The position numbers were made by a program, and so were the translations under genes. This document shows, one piece after another, positions 1 to 7,712 of a stretch of DNA of 15,119 nt (position 1 is its first letter; every line of letters starts with the position of its first letter). The notes beneath the pieces were generated by a model. The model was given only the letters and a program-made list of their open reading frames with translations, was not told the origin of the DNA and made no database searches. The stretch is from Abditibacteriaceae bacterium (lineage in GTDB: Bacteria; Armatimonadota; Abditibacteriia; Abditibacteriales; Abditibacteriaceae), in the NCBI GenBank assembly GCA_031425655.1, contig JANPJS010000071.1, positions 1 to 15,119 on the forward strand. The letters are read 5' to 3'.

Positions 1-135
1 GTGTGCCGTCGCGCGTAAACTGGCCCGCTTGTGTTGGTCGCTGGTCACCCACGGCACAACTTACGACCCCGACCGCGCTTACCAACAAAACTCCCAAAAG
101 GAGTCGCCGACCCCTTGACTTCAACCATAGAATCT
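1..135 (+). mobile_element. Right end of an IS110-family element
   Basis: The transposase C-terminus is followed by TTGACT (115-120, -35-like) and TCAACCATAGAATCT, ending in a CT dinucleotide (134-135; a second CT at 136-137). This matches the short, TIR-less right end of IS110-group elements. The exact boundary is inferred. Confidence 0.7.
2..118 (+). CDS. IS110-family (DEDD recombinase/transposase) C-terminal fragment, truncated by the window start
   Basis: Not in the ORF track. Frame 2 reads CAVARKLARLCWSLVTHGTTYDPDRAYQQNSQKESPTP* (TGA at 116-118). AVARKL-x3-W-x6-YDP is the typical IS110 transposase C-terminal signature. Confidence 0.85.
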   Translation, partial: CAVARKLARLCWSLVTHGTTYDPDRAYQQNSQKESPTP

Positions 136-210
136 CTGGGCAGGGTTGCCGCGAATTTATTCGCCCGGCCATTCCGTGAAACACCGAAGAATCCTCATGC
201 GATTGCCCTG
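136..210. mobile_element. Remnant or partial ISAs1-type miniature element (MITE)
   Basis: Ends in ATGCGATTGCCCTG (197-210; reverse complement CAGGGCAATCGCAT). Shares CTGGGCA, CCCGGCCA and GCGnTTGCCCTG, in the same order, with the reverse complement of the MITE at 14856-14944. No target duplication is visible in the window. Confidence 0.45.
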
Positions 211-247
211 CGACTGCAACGCATCGCGGTCGGGACTTGAATAAGCG

Positions 248-256
248 TGCTAAGAT
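248..256 (+). promoter_or_regulatory. Possible extended -10 promoter for sucA
   Basis: TGcTAAGAT (TGn-TAnnnT) about 70 nt upstream of the likely start codon. No well-spaced -35 seen. Confidence 0.25.
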
Positions 257-324
257 AATTTAAGGGCCGCGTTTTTGCTTAAAACAGCTATGCGGCATTG
301 CAAATGTTGAAAGCGGGCGATTAT

Positions 325-3294
325 ATGATGAACAATGGCGAAATTTCACTCCATCCCGGCAACCTTTCCTTCGCCGAAGCGATTTACGCCGAGTATCTAA
401 CGTCTCCCGAATCGGTATCCGCCGAATGGCGCGCCTATTTCGCCGATTGGAACGAACCCGCAGAAACGAACGGCCACTCCGCCAACGGTCACCAAACCAA
501 CGGCTTCAGCCCGCCCGCTGTGCATTCCAAATCGGCCAACGGCTCGTCGAACGGCACCCAAAACGGCAGTGTGACGGCGCGTCTGGGGCCGAGTTTTCGC
601 CCGGCGAGTATGTTCAACGCAATGGGCACCGGCATCGCGCAGAACTTCGCCGCGGAACAAGTCGTGGCCGCCGGGCCGGCGGAAATTCCCGTCGTGCCCA
701 AATCGGAGCACGAAAGCTTCGCCGCGATGCAGGATCGCGTGGATCAACTGGTTCGCGCGCACCGCGAGCGCGGTCACATGGTGGCGCGCATTGATCCTCT
801 GAATTTGCCGCGCGATTATCCGCCCGAAATTGACCCGGAATTTTACGGTTTCACGCCCGAAGACGAAGCGCGCACTTTTGCGTGCGAAACGCTCAGTCCC
901 GGCAAAATGATGCCGCTCTCCGACATTCTTTCGCAACTGCGCGAAACTTATTGTCGCACCGTTGGCGTGCAATTCATGCACATTGACGAATTGGATGTGC
1001 GCCTGTGGTTGCAGCATTATATGGAATCCACGCGCAACCGTTTGGCGCTGGGACGCGACGAGCAAGTGCGGCTTTTGACGCGCCTGACCGACGCTTCGAT
1101 TTTCGAGGAATTCATTCGCCGCAAATTCGTGGGCGCCAAGAGCTTTTCGCTCGATGGCTCGGAAAGCCTGATTCCCTTGCTCGACCGCGCCATCGAAAAA
1201 GCCGCCGCGCAGGGAACGGAAGAAGTTGTTATCGGCATGGCGCATCGCGGACGTTTGAACGTCTTGGCCAACATCATCGGCAAAAGCCCGCGCGAAATTT
1301 TCCGCGAATTTGAAGACCGCGACCCCGATTTGCACATCGGCGGCGGCGACGTGAAATATCACCTGGGTTATGCCAACGATTTTGAAACTGCCAGCGGCAA
1401 AAAAGTCCATCTGGCATTAAGTTTCAATCCCAGCCATCTGGAAATTGTGAACCCTGTCGCGCAAGGCCGGCTGCGTGCCAAAATGAGCCGCTGGAAAAGC
1501 GAAGTCGAGGGCGAAACGCGCGTCGGGCCGGACAAGGGTTTGTGCCTGCTCATTCACGGCGATGCGGCTTTTGCGGGCGAAGGCGTGGTGCAGGAAACGC
1601 TCAATCTGAGCCAGCTTAAGCCGTATTCCGTCGGCGGCACGCTGCACGTCATCGTTAATAATCAGATTGGTTTCACAACCGCGCCGTCCGAATCGCGCTC
1701 GACGCCGTATGCCACCGATGTCGCGCGGATGCTGCAAAGCCCGGTATTTCACGTCAACGGCGAAGACCCGGAAGCCGTCGCAGCGGTTGTCAACCTTGCA
1801 TTGGATTTCCGCCACAAGTTCCACCGCGATATAGTGATTGATATGTATGGTTATCGGCGGCTTGGCCACAACGAAACCGATGAACCGTCGTTCACGCAGC
1901 CTAAAATGTATCGCGCCATCAAAGCGCGCAAGCCGGTGCGTGAAGCTTATTTGGAGCAATTGCTCAAAATGGGCGACATCACGCAGCAGGAAGCGGATAC
2001 CATCGCCGAAAATCGCCGCGAGATTCTCGAAAAAGAATTGACTCAGGCGCGCAGCGACGACGCTTATGTGCCTTCGCACCTACGACGCACCGCGACCGGC
2101 TATCAAGGCGGCCCGGAGCCGCTGGACACAACCGTCACCGCCGTGCCGACCGAACGTCTTAGCACTCTGCTGGAATCGCTCACGCGCGTGCCCGCAGGCT
2201 TTTCGCCCCATCCGAAAATTCAGAAGATTTTAGATACCTATAAAGTGATGGCACGCGGCGAAGCGCCGCTCAACTGGGCCGCTGGCGAAGCGCTGGCTTA
2301 CGCGACTTTAGCCACCGAAGGCGTGCCGGTGCGCCTGACCGGACAAGATTCCGAACGCGGCACCTTTTCGCATCGCCACGCCGTTTTGCACGATGTCGAA
2401 ACCGACGAAACCTATCGCGCTTTTGATCACTTGGCGGCAGAGCAAGCGCCGGTCGAGATTTATAACAGTCCGCTTTCCGAAACCGCCGTTTTGGGTTTTG
2501 AATACGGTTACAGCCTCGATTGTCTGAGCGGTTTAACGATGTGGGAAGCGCAATTCGGCGACTTCTGGAACGTCGCGCAGCCGATTGTTGACCAGTTCCT
2601 CGTTTCCGCCGAAGACAAGTGGAATCACTTGTCGGGCATTACGATGCTGCTGCCGCACGGTTATGAAGGCATGGGGCCGGAGCATTCGACGGCACGCTTG
2701 GAACGCTTCATGTCCTTAGCCGCCGAAGACAACATTCAAATCGTTTATCCGACCACTCCGGCGCAGTATTTTCACTTGATTCGGCGGCAGGTTTTGCGGC
2801 GTTGGCGCAAGCCTCTTATCGTGATGTCACCCAAAAGCCTGCTGCGCCACTTGGAATGCACTTCGACGTTAGACGAATTGGCCACGGGCCGCTTCCAACG
2901 CATCATTCCCGACCAACTGGAGCGTCCGGCGGGTGAAGTCACACGGATTTTGCTGTGCAGCGGCAAAATCTACTACGAACTCGACGCCAAACGCGCCGCA
3001 TTGAAGCGCAACGACGTGGCGATTGTGCGTTACGAGCAGCTTTATCCTTATAGTCCTGAAACTCTGCAAGAAGTATTGGCGCCCTACGCGGACGGCACGC
3101 CAATTTTCTGGGTGCAGGAAGAGCCGATCAACATGGGCGCTTGGCGTCATATGCGGGTTTTCTACGGACACACGATGTTCGAGCGTCTCCCATTTACTCA
3201 CGTCACGCGCCCGGCGTCGTCCAGCCCGGCCACGGGTTCATCCAGCGCCCACAAAAAAGAGCAGGAAAAGCTGTTAAACGAAGCTTTCGCATAA
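325..3294 (+). CDS. sucA: 2-oxoglutarate dehydrogenase E1 component
   Basis: Motifs GMAHRGRLNVL, GDVKYHLG, NPSHLE, HGDAAFAGEGVVQETLN (ThDP-binding), RRLGHNE, GQDSERGTFSHRH, WEAQFGDF, LPHGYEGMGPEHS and WVQEEP. ATG 325 or 328 is more likely than TTG 298. Confidence 0.97.
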   Translation: MMNNGEISLHPGNLSFAEAIYAEYLTSPESVSAEWRAYFADWNEPAETNGHSANGHQTNGFSPPAVHSKSANGSSNGTQNGSVTARLGPSFRPASMFNAMGTGIAQNFAAEQVVAAGPAEIPVVPKSEHESFAAMQDRVDQLVRAHRERGHMVARIDPLNLPRDYPPEIDPEFYGFTPEDEARTFACETLSPGKMMPLSDILSQLRETYCRTVGVQFMHIDELDVRLWLQHYMESTRNRLALGRDEQVRLLTRLTDASIFEEFIRRKFVGAKSFSLDGSESLIPLLDRAIEKAAAQGTEEVVIGMAHRGRLNVLANIIGKSPREIFREFEDRDPDLHIGGGDVKYHLGYANDFETASGKKVHLALSFNPSHLEIVNPVAQGRLRAKMSRWKSEVEGETRVGPDKGLCLLIHGDAAFAGEGVVQETLNLSQLKPYSVGGTLHVIVNNQIGFTTAPSESRSTPYATDVARMLQSPVFHVNGEDPEAVAAVVNLALDFRHKFHRDIVIDMYGYRRLGHNETDEPSFTQPKMYRAIKARKPVREAYLEQLLKMGDITQQEADTIAENRREILEKELTQARSDDAYVPSHLRRTATGYQGGPEPLDTTVTAVPTERLSTLLESLTRVPAGFSPHPKIQKILDTYKVMARGEAPLNWAAGEALAYATLATEGVPVRLTGQDSERGTFSHRHAVLHDVETDETYRAFDHLAAEQAPVEIYNSPLSETAVLGFEYGYSLDCLSGLTMWEAQFGDFWNVAQPIVDQFLVSAEDKWNHLSGITMLLPHGYEGMGPEHSTARLERFMSLAAEDNIQIVYPTTPAQYFHLIRRQVLRRWRKPLIVMSPKSLLRHLECTSTLDELATGRFQRIIPDQLERPAGEVTRILLCSGKIYYELDAKRAALKRNDVAIVRYEQLYPYSPETLQEVLAPYADGTPIFWVQEEPINMGAWRHMRVFYGHTMFERLPFTHVTRPASSSPATGSSSAHKKEQEKLLNEAFA

Positions 3295-3365
3295 TTTTGA
3301 ATTTTGAATTTTGAATTATGAATGAGAGGCCGCAATTCAAAATTCATAATTTAAAATTCAAAATT
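3293..3365. repeat. Intergenic inverted repeat built from tandem heptamers (AATTTTG)n / (CAAAATT)n
   Basis: 31-nt arms at 3293-3323 and 3335-3365 pair at 28 of 31 positions around an 11-nt loop. Confidence 0.9.
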
Positions 3366-3380
3366 TCCTGAAAGGATTCT

Positions 3381-4766
3381 ATGCCGGTCGAACTCAAAGT
3401 GCCCGGAATGGGCGAATCGGTGTCGGAAGTCGAAATCGCCGAATGGCTCAAAAAAGAAGGCGACAGCGTCCAAATGGACGAGGACATCGTGGTTCTCGAT
3501 TCGGCGAAGACTTCGCAGCCGATTCCCTCGCCGATTACGGGCACGATTACCAAGATTCTCAAGTTGCAAGGCGAAGCCGCCAACATCGGCGATGTCATCG
3601 CGCTTTTGGAAGAAGGCGCCGCGAAAACCGATGCCAAAGCTGCCGACGCAACTCCGATTGTGCCCGCGCCGGAATGGGAAAAAAGCGACACGCAGGCCGA
3701 GGCCCCCAAAGCCAGCGCGGCCAAACCGGCGCAGGTGCCCTTAGACGCTCCGGCGCCCAAAGCCGAAGAAGCGCCGCCGATTTTGCCTCAGGAACCCGCG
3801 CACGATGCCGCGCCAATCTCCGAGGCAAAACCCGCTGACGCTTTCGTAATGCCCGCCGCCGCGCGCGAAATGGCGCAAAGCGGCATCGCGCCCGAAAGTG
3901 TCACGCCAAGCGGCCCCGGCGGGCGTGTGCTGAAAGAAGACGTGCAGCGCGCAAGTGCCGAACACGTAACGACCGAACGTGTCGCGCCAATTACGCCCGC
4001 GCCCGCTGCGCCGCAAGCCGTTTCAACTCCGATGCCAAAACCGGCACCCGCCGCACCGATTTCCGACGGCGAAGAAGACGTGGTGCCGATGACGATGATG
4101 CGCCGCCACATCGCGCAGCGCCTTGTCGAAGCGCAGCAAACCGCCGCATTGCTGACCACATTCAACGAAATTGACATGAGCGCGGCCATGTCGCTGCGCA
4201 AAGAGCATCAAGACGCCTTCACCAAAAAATACGGCATCAAACTCGGCTTCATGTCCTTCTTCGTAAAAGCCTCCGTAGATGCCTTGAAAGCGTTTCCCGT
4301 CGTCAACGCCGAAATTCGCGGACGCGACATCGTTTACAAAAATTACTACGACATCGGCGTTGCCATCGGCAGCGGCAAAGGCTTGGTTGTGCCCGTCCTT
4401 CGCCGCGCCGAACGCCTGAGTTTTGCCGAAGTTGAGCAAGGCATCGCTGCGTTCGCCGGTCACGCCAAAGCGGGCACGCTGAAACCCGATGATCTGGCCG
4501 GCGGCACTTTTACCATCACAAATGGCGGTATTTACGGCTCGCTGATGTCCACGCCGATTATCAATCCGCCGCAAAGCGCGATTCTGGGAATGCACTCGAT
4601 TCAAGAGCGCCCGATGGCCGTCAACGGCGAAGTCGTCATCCGTCCGATGATGTATGTCGCCCTGACTTACGACCATCGCCTGATTGATGGCCGCGAAGCC
4701 GTGAGCTTTTTAGTGCGCCTCAAACAATGCATCGAAAACCCGGCGCGTATGCTTTTAGAAGTGTGA
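3381..4766 (+). CDS. sucB: Dihydrolipoyllysine-residue succinyltransferase (OGDH E2)
   Basis: N-terminal lipoyl domain ([10 protein letters not shown]...DSAK), Ala/Pro-rich linker, E3-binding domain ([13 protein letters not shown]), catalytic domain ([43 protein letters not shown]). RBS AAAGGA upstream. Confidence 0.97.
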   Translation: MPVELKVPGMGESVSEVEIAEWLKKEGDSVQMDEDIVVLDSAKTSQPIPSPITGTITKILKLQGEAANIGDVIALLEEGAAKTDAKAADATPIVPAPEWEKSDTQAEAPKASAAKPAQVPLDAPAPKAEEAPPILPQEPAHDAAPISEAKPADAFVMPAAAREMAQSGIAPESVTPSGPGGRVLKEDVQRASAEHVTTERVAPITPAPAAPQAVSTPMPKPAPAAPISDGEEDVVPMTMMRRHIAQRLVEAQQTAALLTTFNEIDMSAAMSLRKEHQDAFTKKYGIKLGFMSFFVKASVDALKAFPVVNAEIRGRDIVYKNYYDIGVAIGSGKGLVVPVLRRAERLSFAEVEQGIAAFAGHAKAGTLKPDDLAGGTFTITNGGIYGSLMSTPIINPPQSAILGMHSIQERPMAVNGEVVIRPMMYVALTYDHRLIDGREAVSFLVRLKQCIENPARMLLEV

Positions 4767-4774
4767 ACGTAGGA

Positions 4775-4901
4775 ATTAAACACAAAGACACAGAGACACA
4801 AAGGAACCACAAAGAAAATGAGGGAGTTTGCAGGCGTGATGCCTTTTAACCTTTCAAAATTCTTTGTGGTTCCTTTGTGTCTCTGTGTCTTTGTGTTTAA
4901 T
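4775..4901. repeat. Perfect 42-bp inverted repeat with 8-nt units (ACACAAAG/ACACAGAG) and a 43-nt loop
   Basis: The arm at 4775-4816 is the exact reverse complement of 4860-4901. Confidence 0.95.
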
Positions 4902-4911
4902 ATTTAAAACC

Positions 4912-6297
4912 ATGAACCAATTTGATTTAGTCGTGATCGGCGCCGGGCCGGGCGGATATGCAGCGGCGATTCGTGCCGCGCAGCTTGGCCTCAAGGTCGC
5001 CTGCGTGGAATATGAAGAAGCGTTGGGTGGCACTTGTTTGCGCGTCGGATGTATTCCCAGCAAGGCGCTGCTCGAATCGAGCGAGCAGTTTCACGTCGCC
5101 GGGCACGAGTTGGCGCAGCATGGAATCAAGGTTTCGGGCGTCGAACTCGACCTCGTGCAAATGCTGAAACGCAAAGACGAAGTCGTGCGAATGCTCACCG
5201 GCGGCATCGCAGGGCTGTTTAAAAAGAATAAAATCACGCGTTTTGCAGGCATCGCGCGGCTGGACGGAGCGGGCCGCGTCGTTGTGAAAAAGGGCGATGA
5301 CGAAACGGTTCTCGAAGCGAAAAATGTCCTCATAGCAACGGGCAGCAAATCGGCGCCGTTGCGCGGCGTTGAAGTGGACGGCGACCGCATCGGCACCAGC
5401 ACCGAAGCGCTGAATTACCCGTCTGTGCCCAAACACCTCGTTGTTATCGGCGCCGGTTATATCGGACTCGAACTCGGCTCGGTCTGGCATCGTTTGGGCG
5501 CCAAAGTCACGGTTTTGGAGTATCTCGACCGCATTTTGCCGGGCATGGATGCCGAAATCGCCAAAGAAGCGCAGAAGATTTTCACCAAGCAGGGCTTGGA
5601 GTTTCGTTTGGGCGCCAAAGTGACAAGCGCCAAAGTCGTCGGAGACGAGTGCGTAGTCGAATGCGAAGGCGCCGAAGCCGTGCATTGCGACCGCGTTTTG
5701 TTAGCCGTAGGCCGCATTCCCAACACCGAAGGGCTGAATTTGGAAAGCGCCGACGTGCAAACCGACAATCGCGGGCGCATCGTCGCCGACGCGCATTTTG
5801 CGACCAGCGCGCCGAATATTTATGCTATCGGCGATGTCATCGCCGGGCCGATGTTGGCGCACAAAGCCAGCGAAGAAGGCATCGCCTGCGTCGAATTTTT
5901 GGCAACCGGCTACGGCCACGTCAACTACGACACGATTCCCGGCGTGGCTTATACCAATCCCGAAATCGCCACCGTCGGCAAAAGCGAAGAGCAGCTCAAA
6001 GAAGCCGGCGTTGAATATCGTAAGGGCGTTTTTCCCTTTCAGGCCAATGGCCGCGCGCGAGCGTTGGCCAATACCGATGGCCGCGTCAAGATTTTAGCCG
6101 ACGCCAAAACCGACCGCATTTTAGGCGTGCATATCATCGGCCCGCGCGCCGGCGATCTCATCGCCGAAGCCGTCGCCGCGATGGAATTTGGCGCCAGTTC
6201 CGAAGACCTCGCGCGCACCTGCCACGCGCATCCGACACTGGCCGAAGCCGTCCACGAAGCCGCGTTAGCTGTTGATGGCAGGCCGATTCATATTTAG
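4912..6297 (+). CDS. lpdA: Dihydrolipoamide dehydrogenase (E3)
   Basis: VVIGAGPGGY FAD-binding fold, GGTCLRVGCIPSK redox disulfide, IGAGYIGLE NAD fold, HAHPTLAE catalytic motif. Start placed at ATG 4912 because the extension to 4864 runs through the repeat arm. Confidence 0.97.
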   Translation: MNQFDLVVIGAGPGGYAAAIRAAQLGLKVACVEYEEALGGTCLRVGCIPSKALLESSEQFHVAGHELAQHGIKVSGVELDLVQMLKRKDEVVRMLTGGIAGLFKKNKITRFAGIARLDGAGRVVVKKGDDETVLEAKNVLIATGSKSAPLRGVEVDGDRIGTSTEALNYPSVPKHLVVIGAGYIGLELGSVWHRLGAKVTVLEYLDRILPGMDAEIAKEAQKIFTKQGLEFRLGAKVTSAKVVGDECVVECEGAEAVHCDRVLLAVGRIPNTEGLNLESADVQTDNRGRIVADAHFATSAPNIYAIGDVIAGPMLAHKASEEGIACVEFLATGYGHVNYDTIPGVAYTNPEIATVGKSEEQLKEAGVEYRKGVFPFQANGRARALANTDGRVKILADAKTDRILGVHIIGPRAGDLIAEAVAAMEFGASSEDLARTCHAHPTLAEAVHEAALAVDGRPIHI

Positions 6298-6340
6298 CCG
6301 CTCAATCTGCGATTACTCGGAAAAACGCGACTTCTGAAAC

Positions 6341-6889
6341 ATGAAACCAAGTATCAATGGTGTTCTGCTTTTGCCGACAATCCTTCTATTCTCAACAATG
6401 AATGGCTGCGAACCTCGTAGAGACACCTTAATTGATCGTTATCCTTCTTTTCCAGATACGGAAACACGAAACGTGGCAAAGAAGATCAAAGCGTCCCAAG
6501 TAACTTCGGTTTCGATTCGAGCCTTCAGTAGGGGCGTCCACCGATCAATCAACATCACCGACCAGCGCGTCATAAAGCAGCTTCTTCTCGGTTTGACTCA
6601 TGCCACCGATACGAACATTCTGAACCAAGTGTCTCATGTGCAGTTGAACGGCTCACGCGGTAGCGTTCTGCTGTGGGAGAATTTTGCGCTCGATGGCCCA
6701 GAGCACGCGCTTAGTCCTGACTTCATCATTGGCCTGAAGCAAGCGGGCGTCATTTTGCCGTGGGAAGAAGCGGCGCGGCGGCGCCAGCAATGGACCTTTG
6801 GAGCGTTAGCCTGTGGCGGTATTCTTCTGCTTGGTTTGCTTCCATTGTGGCTGTTGACGCGGCGGCGCCCGCGAAAACAATTAAAATAG
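6341..6889 (+). CDS. Hypothetical membrane protein, possibly a lipoprotein with a C-terminal TM helix
   Basis: Fills the gap between lpdA and the ligase. Hydrophobic N-terminus ending ...FSTMNGC; C-terminal hydrophobic helix (FGALACGGILLLGLLPLWLL) followed by the basic tail TRRRPRKQLK. Confidence 0.6.
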   Translation: MKPSINGVLLLPTILLFSTMNGCEPRRDTLIDRYPSFPDTETRNVAKKIKASQVTSVSIRAFSRGVHRSINITDQRVIKQLLLGLTHATDTNILNQVSHVQLNGSRGSVLLWENFALDGPEHALSPDFIIGLKQAGVILPWEEAARRRQQWTFGALACGGILLLGLLPLWLLTRRRPRKQLK

Positions 6890-6897
6890 AGCGTTCC

Positions 6898-7617
6898 ATG
6901 CTCCTCCTCGATCTTTCTCTGCCTTTGCCCGCCGAAAACCTCGCGCTGGACGAAGCACTGCTTAACGAATGCGAAAGCGGCGCGTGCGATGAAGTCCTGC
7001 GCTTCTGGCAGACGCCTTCGCCATTTGTGGCTTTAGGCTATGTTTGCAAATGGCGCGACGAAGCCCACGTTGAAGAATGCCAGTCGCGCGGAGTGCCGAT
7101 TTTACGGCGCGCCAGCGGTGGCGGAACGGTTTTGCAAGCGCCCGGCGTGCTGAATTACGCGCTGATTTTACGCATCGAAAACGGCACGCCGACCGAAAAT
7201 CTCACAACGACAAACTGCTTTATTTTGCAGCGCAATCGCGCCGCATTGCAATCGCTGTTGTCCGGCGAAGTTTCGATTCGCGGCACTTCGGATTTGGCGC
7301 TTGGCGACCGCAAGTTTTGCGGCAACGCCCAACGCCGCCGCCAGAAATGGTTACTTTTTCACGGCGCGTTTTTGCTCGATTGCGATCTCGATTTGCTTTC
7401 CTCCGTCTTGCGCCCGCCGCCGCGCCAACCCAATTACCGCGCGCACCGCACGCACGCCGATTTCGTGATGAATCTACACTTGTCGGCAGAGAAAGTCAAA
7501 GCCGCGCTCCGCGAAATTTGGCACGCCGATGCGCCGCTTACCGATTGGCCACGCAACGCTATCGAAACCCTCGTAGCCGAAAAATACGCGCGCGACGAAT
7601 GGATTTTCAAGTTTTAA
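6898..7617 (+). CDS. Lipoate-protein ligase family protein (BPL/LplA/LipB catalytic domain only; LipM/LplA-like)
   Basis: Motifs NLALDEALL, VLRFW, RRASGGGTV, LNY, KFCGNAQ, HGAFL. Start at ATG 6898 avoids overlapping the upstream ORF. Lacks the LplA C-terminal domain. Confidence 0.88.
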   Translation: MLLLDLSLPLPAENLALDEALLNECESGACDEVLRFWQTPSPFVALGYVCKWRDEAHVEECQSRGVPILRRASGGGTVLQAPGVLNYALILRIENGTPTENLTTTNCFILQRNRAALQSLLSGEVSIRGTSDLALGDRKFCGNAQRRRQKWLLFHGAFLLDCDLDLLSSVLRPPPRQPNYRAHRTHADFVMNLHLSAEKVKAALREIWHADAPLTDWPRNAIETLVAEKYARDEWIFKF

Positions 7618-7637
7618 AGTCCTTCTAACTAACACAA

Positions 7638-7705
7638 TCACCGCAGAGAACGCGGAGGACGCAGAGATTTAATTTTCTCTGCGTCCTCCGCGTTCTCTGC
7701 GGTGA
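7638..7705. repeat. Perfect 30-bp inverted repeat with 9-nt units (CGCAGAGAA/CGCGGAGGA); probable bidirectional terminator between convergent genes
   Basis: The arm at 7638-7667 is the exact reverse complement of 7676-7705, with loop TTTAATTT. It lies between the stop codons at 7617 (+) and 7713 (-). Confidence 0.9.
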
Positions 7706-7712
7706 ATGTTTC

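Noticed and set aside
31..240. 69-aa ORF from the track
   Set aside because: It is out of frame with the IS110 transposase C-terminus (frame 2) and runs across the element end and repeat remnant; no motif.
466..570. Repeated NG motifs (NGHSANGHQTNGF...ANGSSNGTQNGS) in SucA
   Set aside because: Low-complexity linker in the variable N-terminal region of E1; no exact DNA repeat unit.
397..2079. Long antisense ORFs (397-1410, 1417-2079) opposite sucA
   Set aside because: Shadow ORFs expected from codon bias in a GC-rich gene; no recognisable motifs.
4775..4901. Possible CRISPR array (about 42-nt repeats with a 43-nt spacer)
   Set aside because: There are only two copies, they are inverted rather than direct, and no cas genes are present.
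5490..5621. 18-bp direct repeat TCGTTTGGGCGCCAAAGT inside lpdA
   Set aside because: It encodes RLGAKV twice in frame within an intact enzyme; explained by protein sequence and codon bias.
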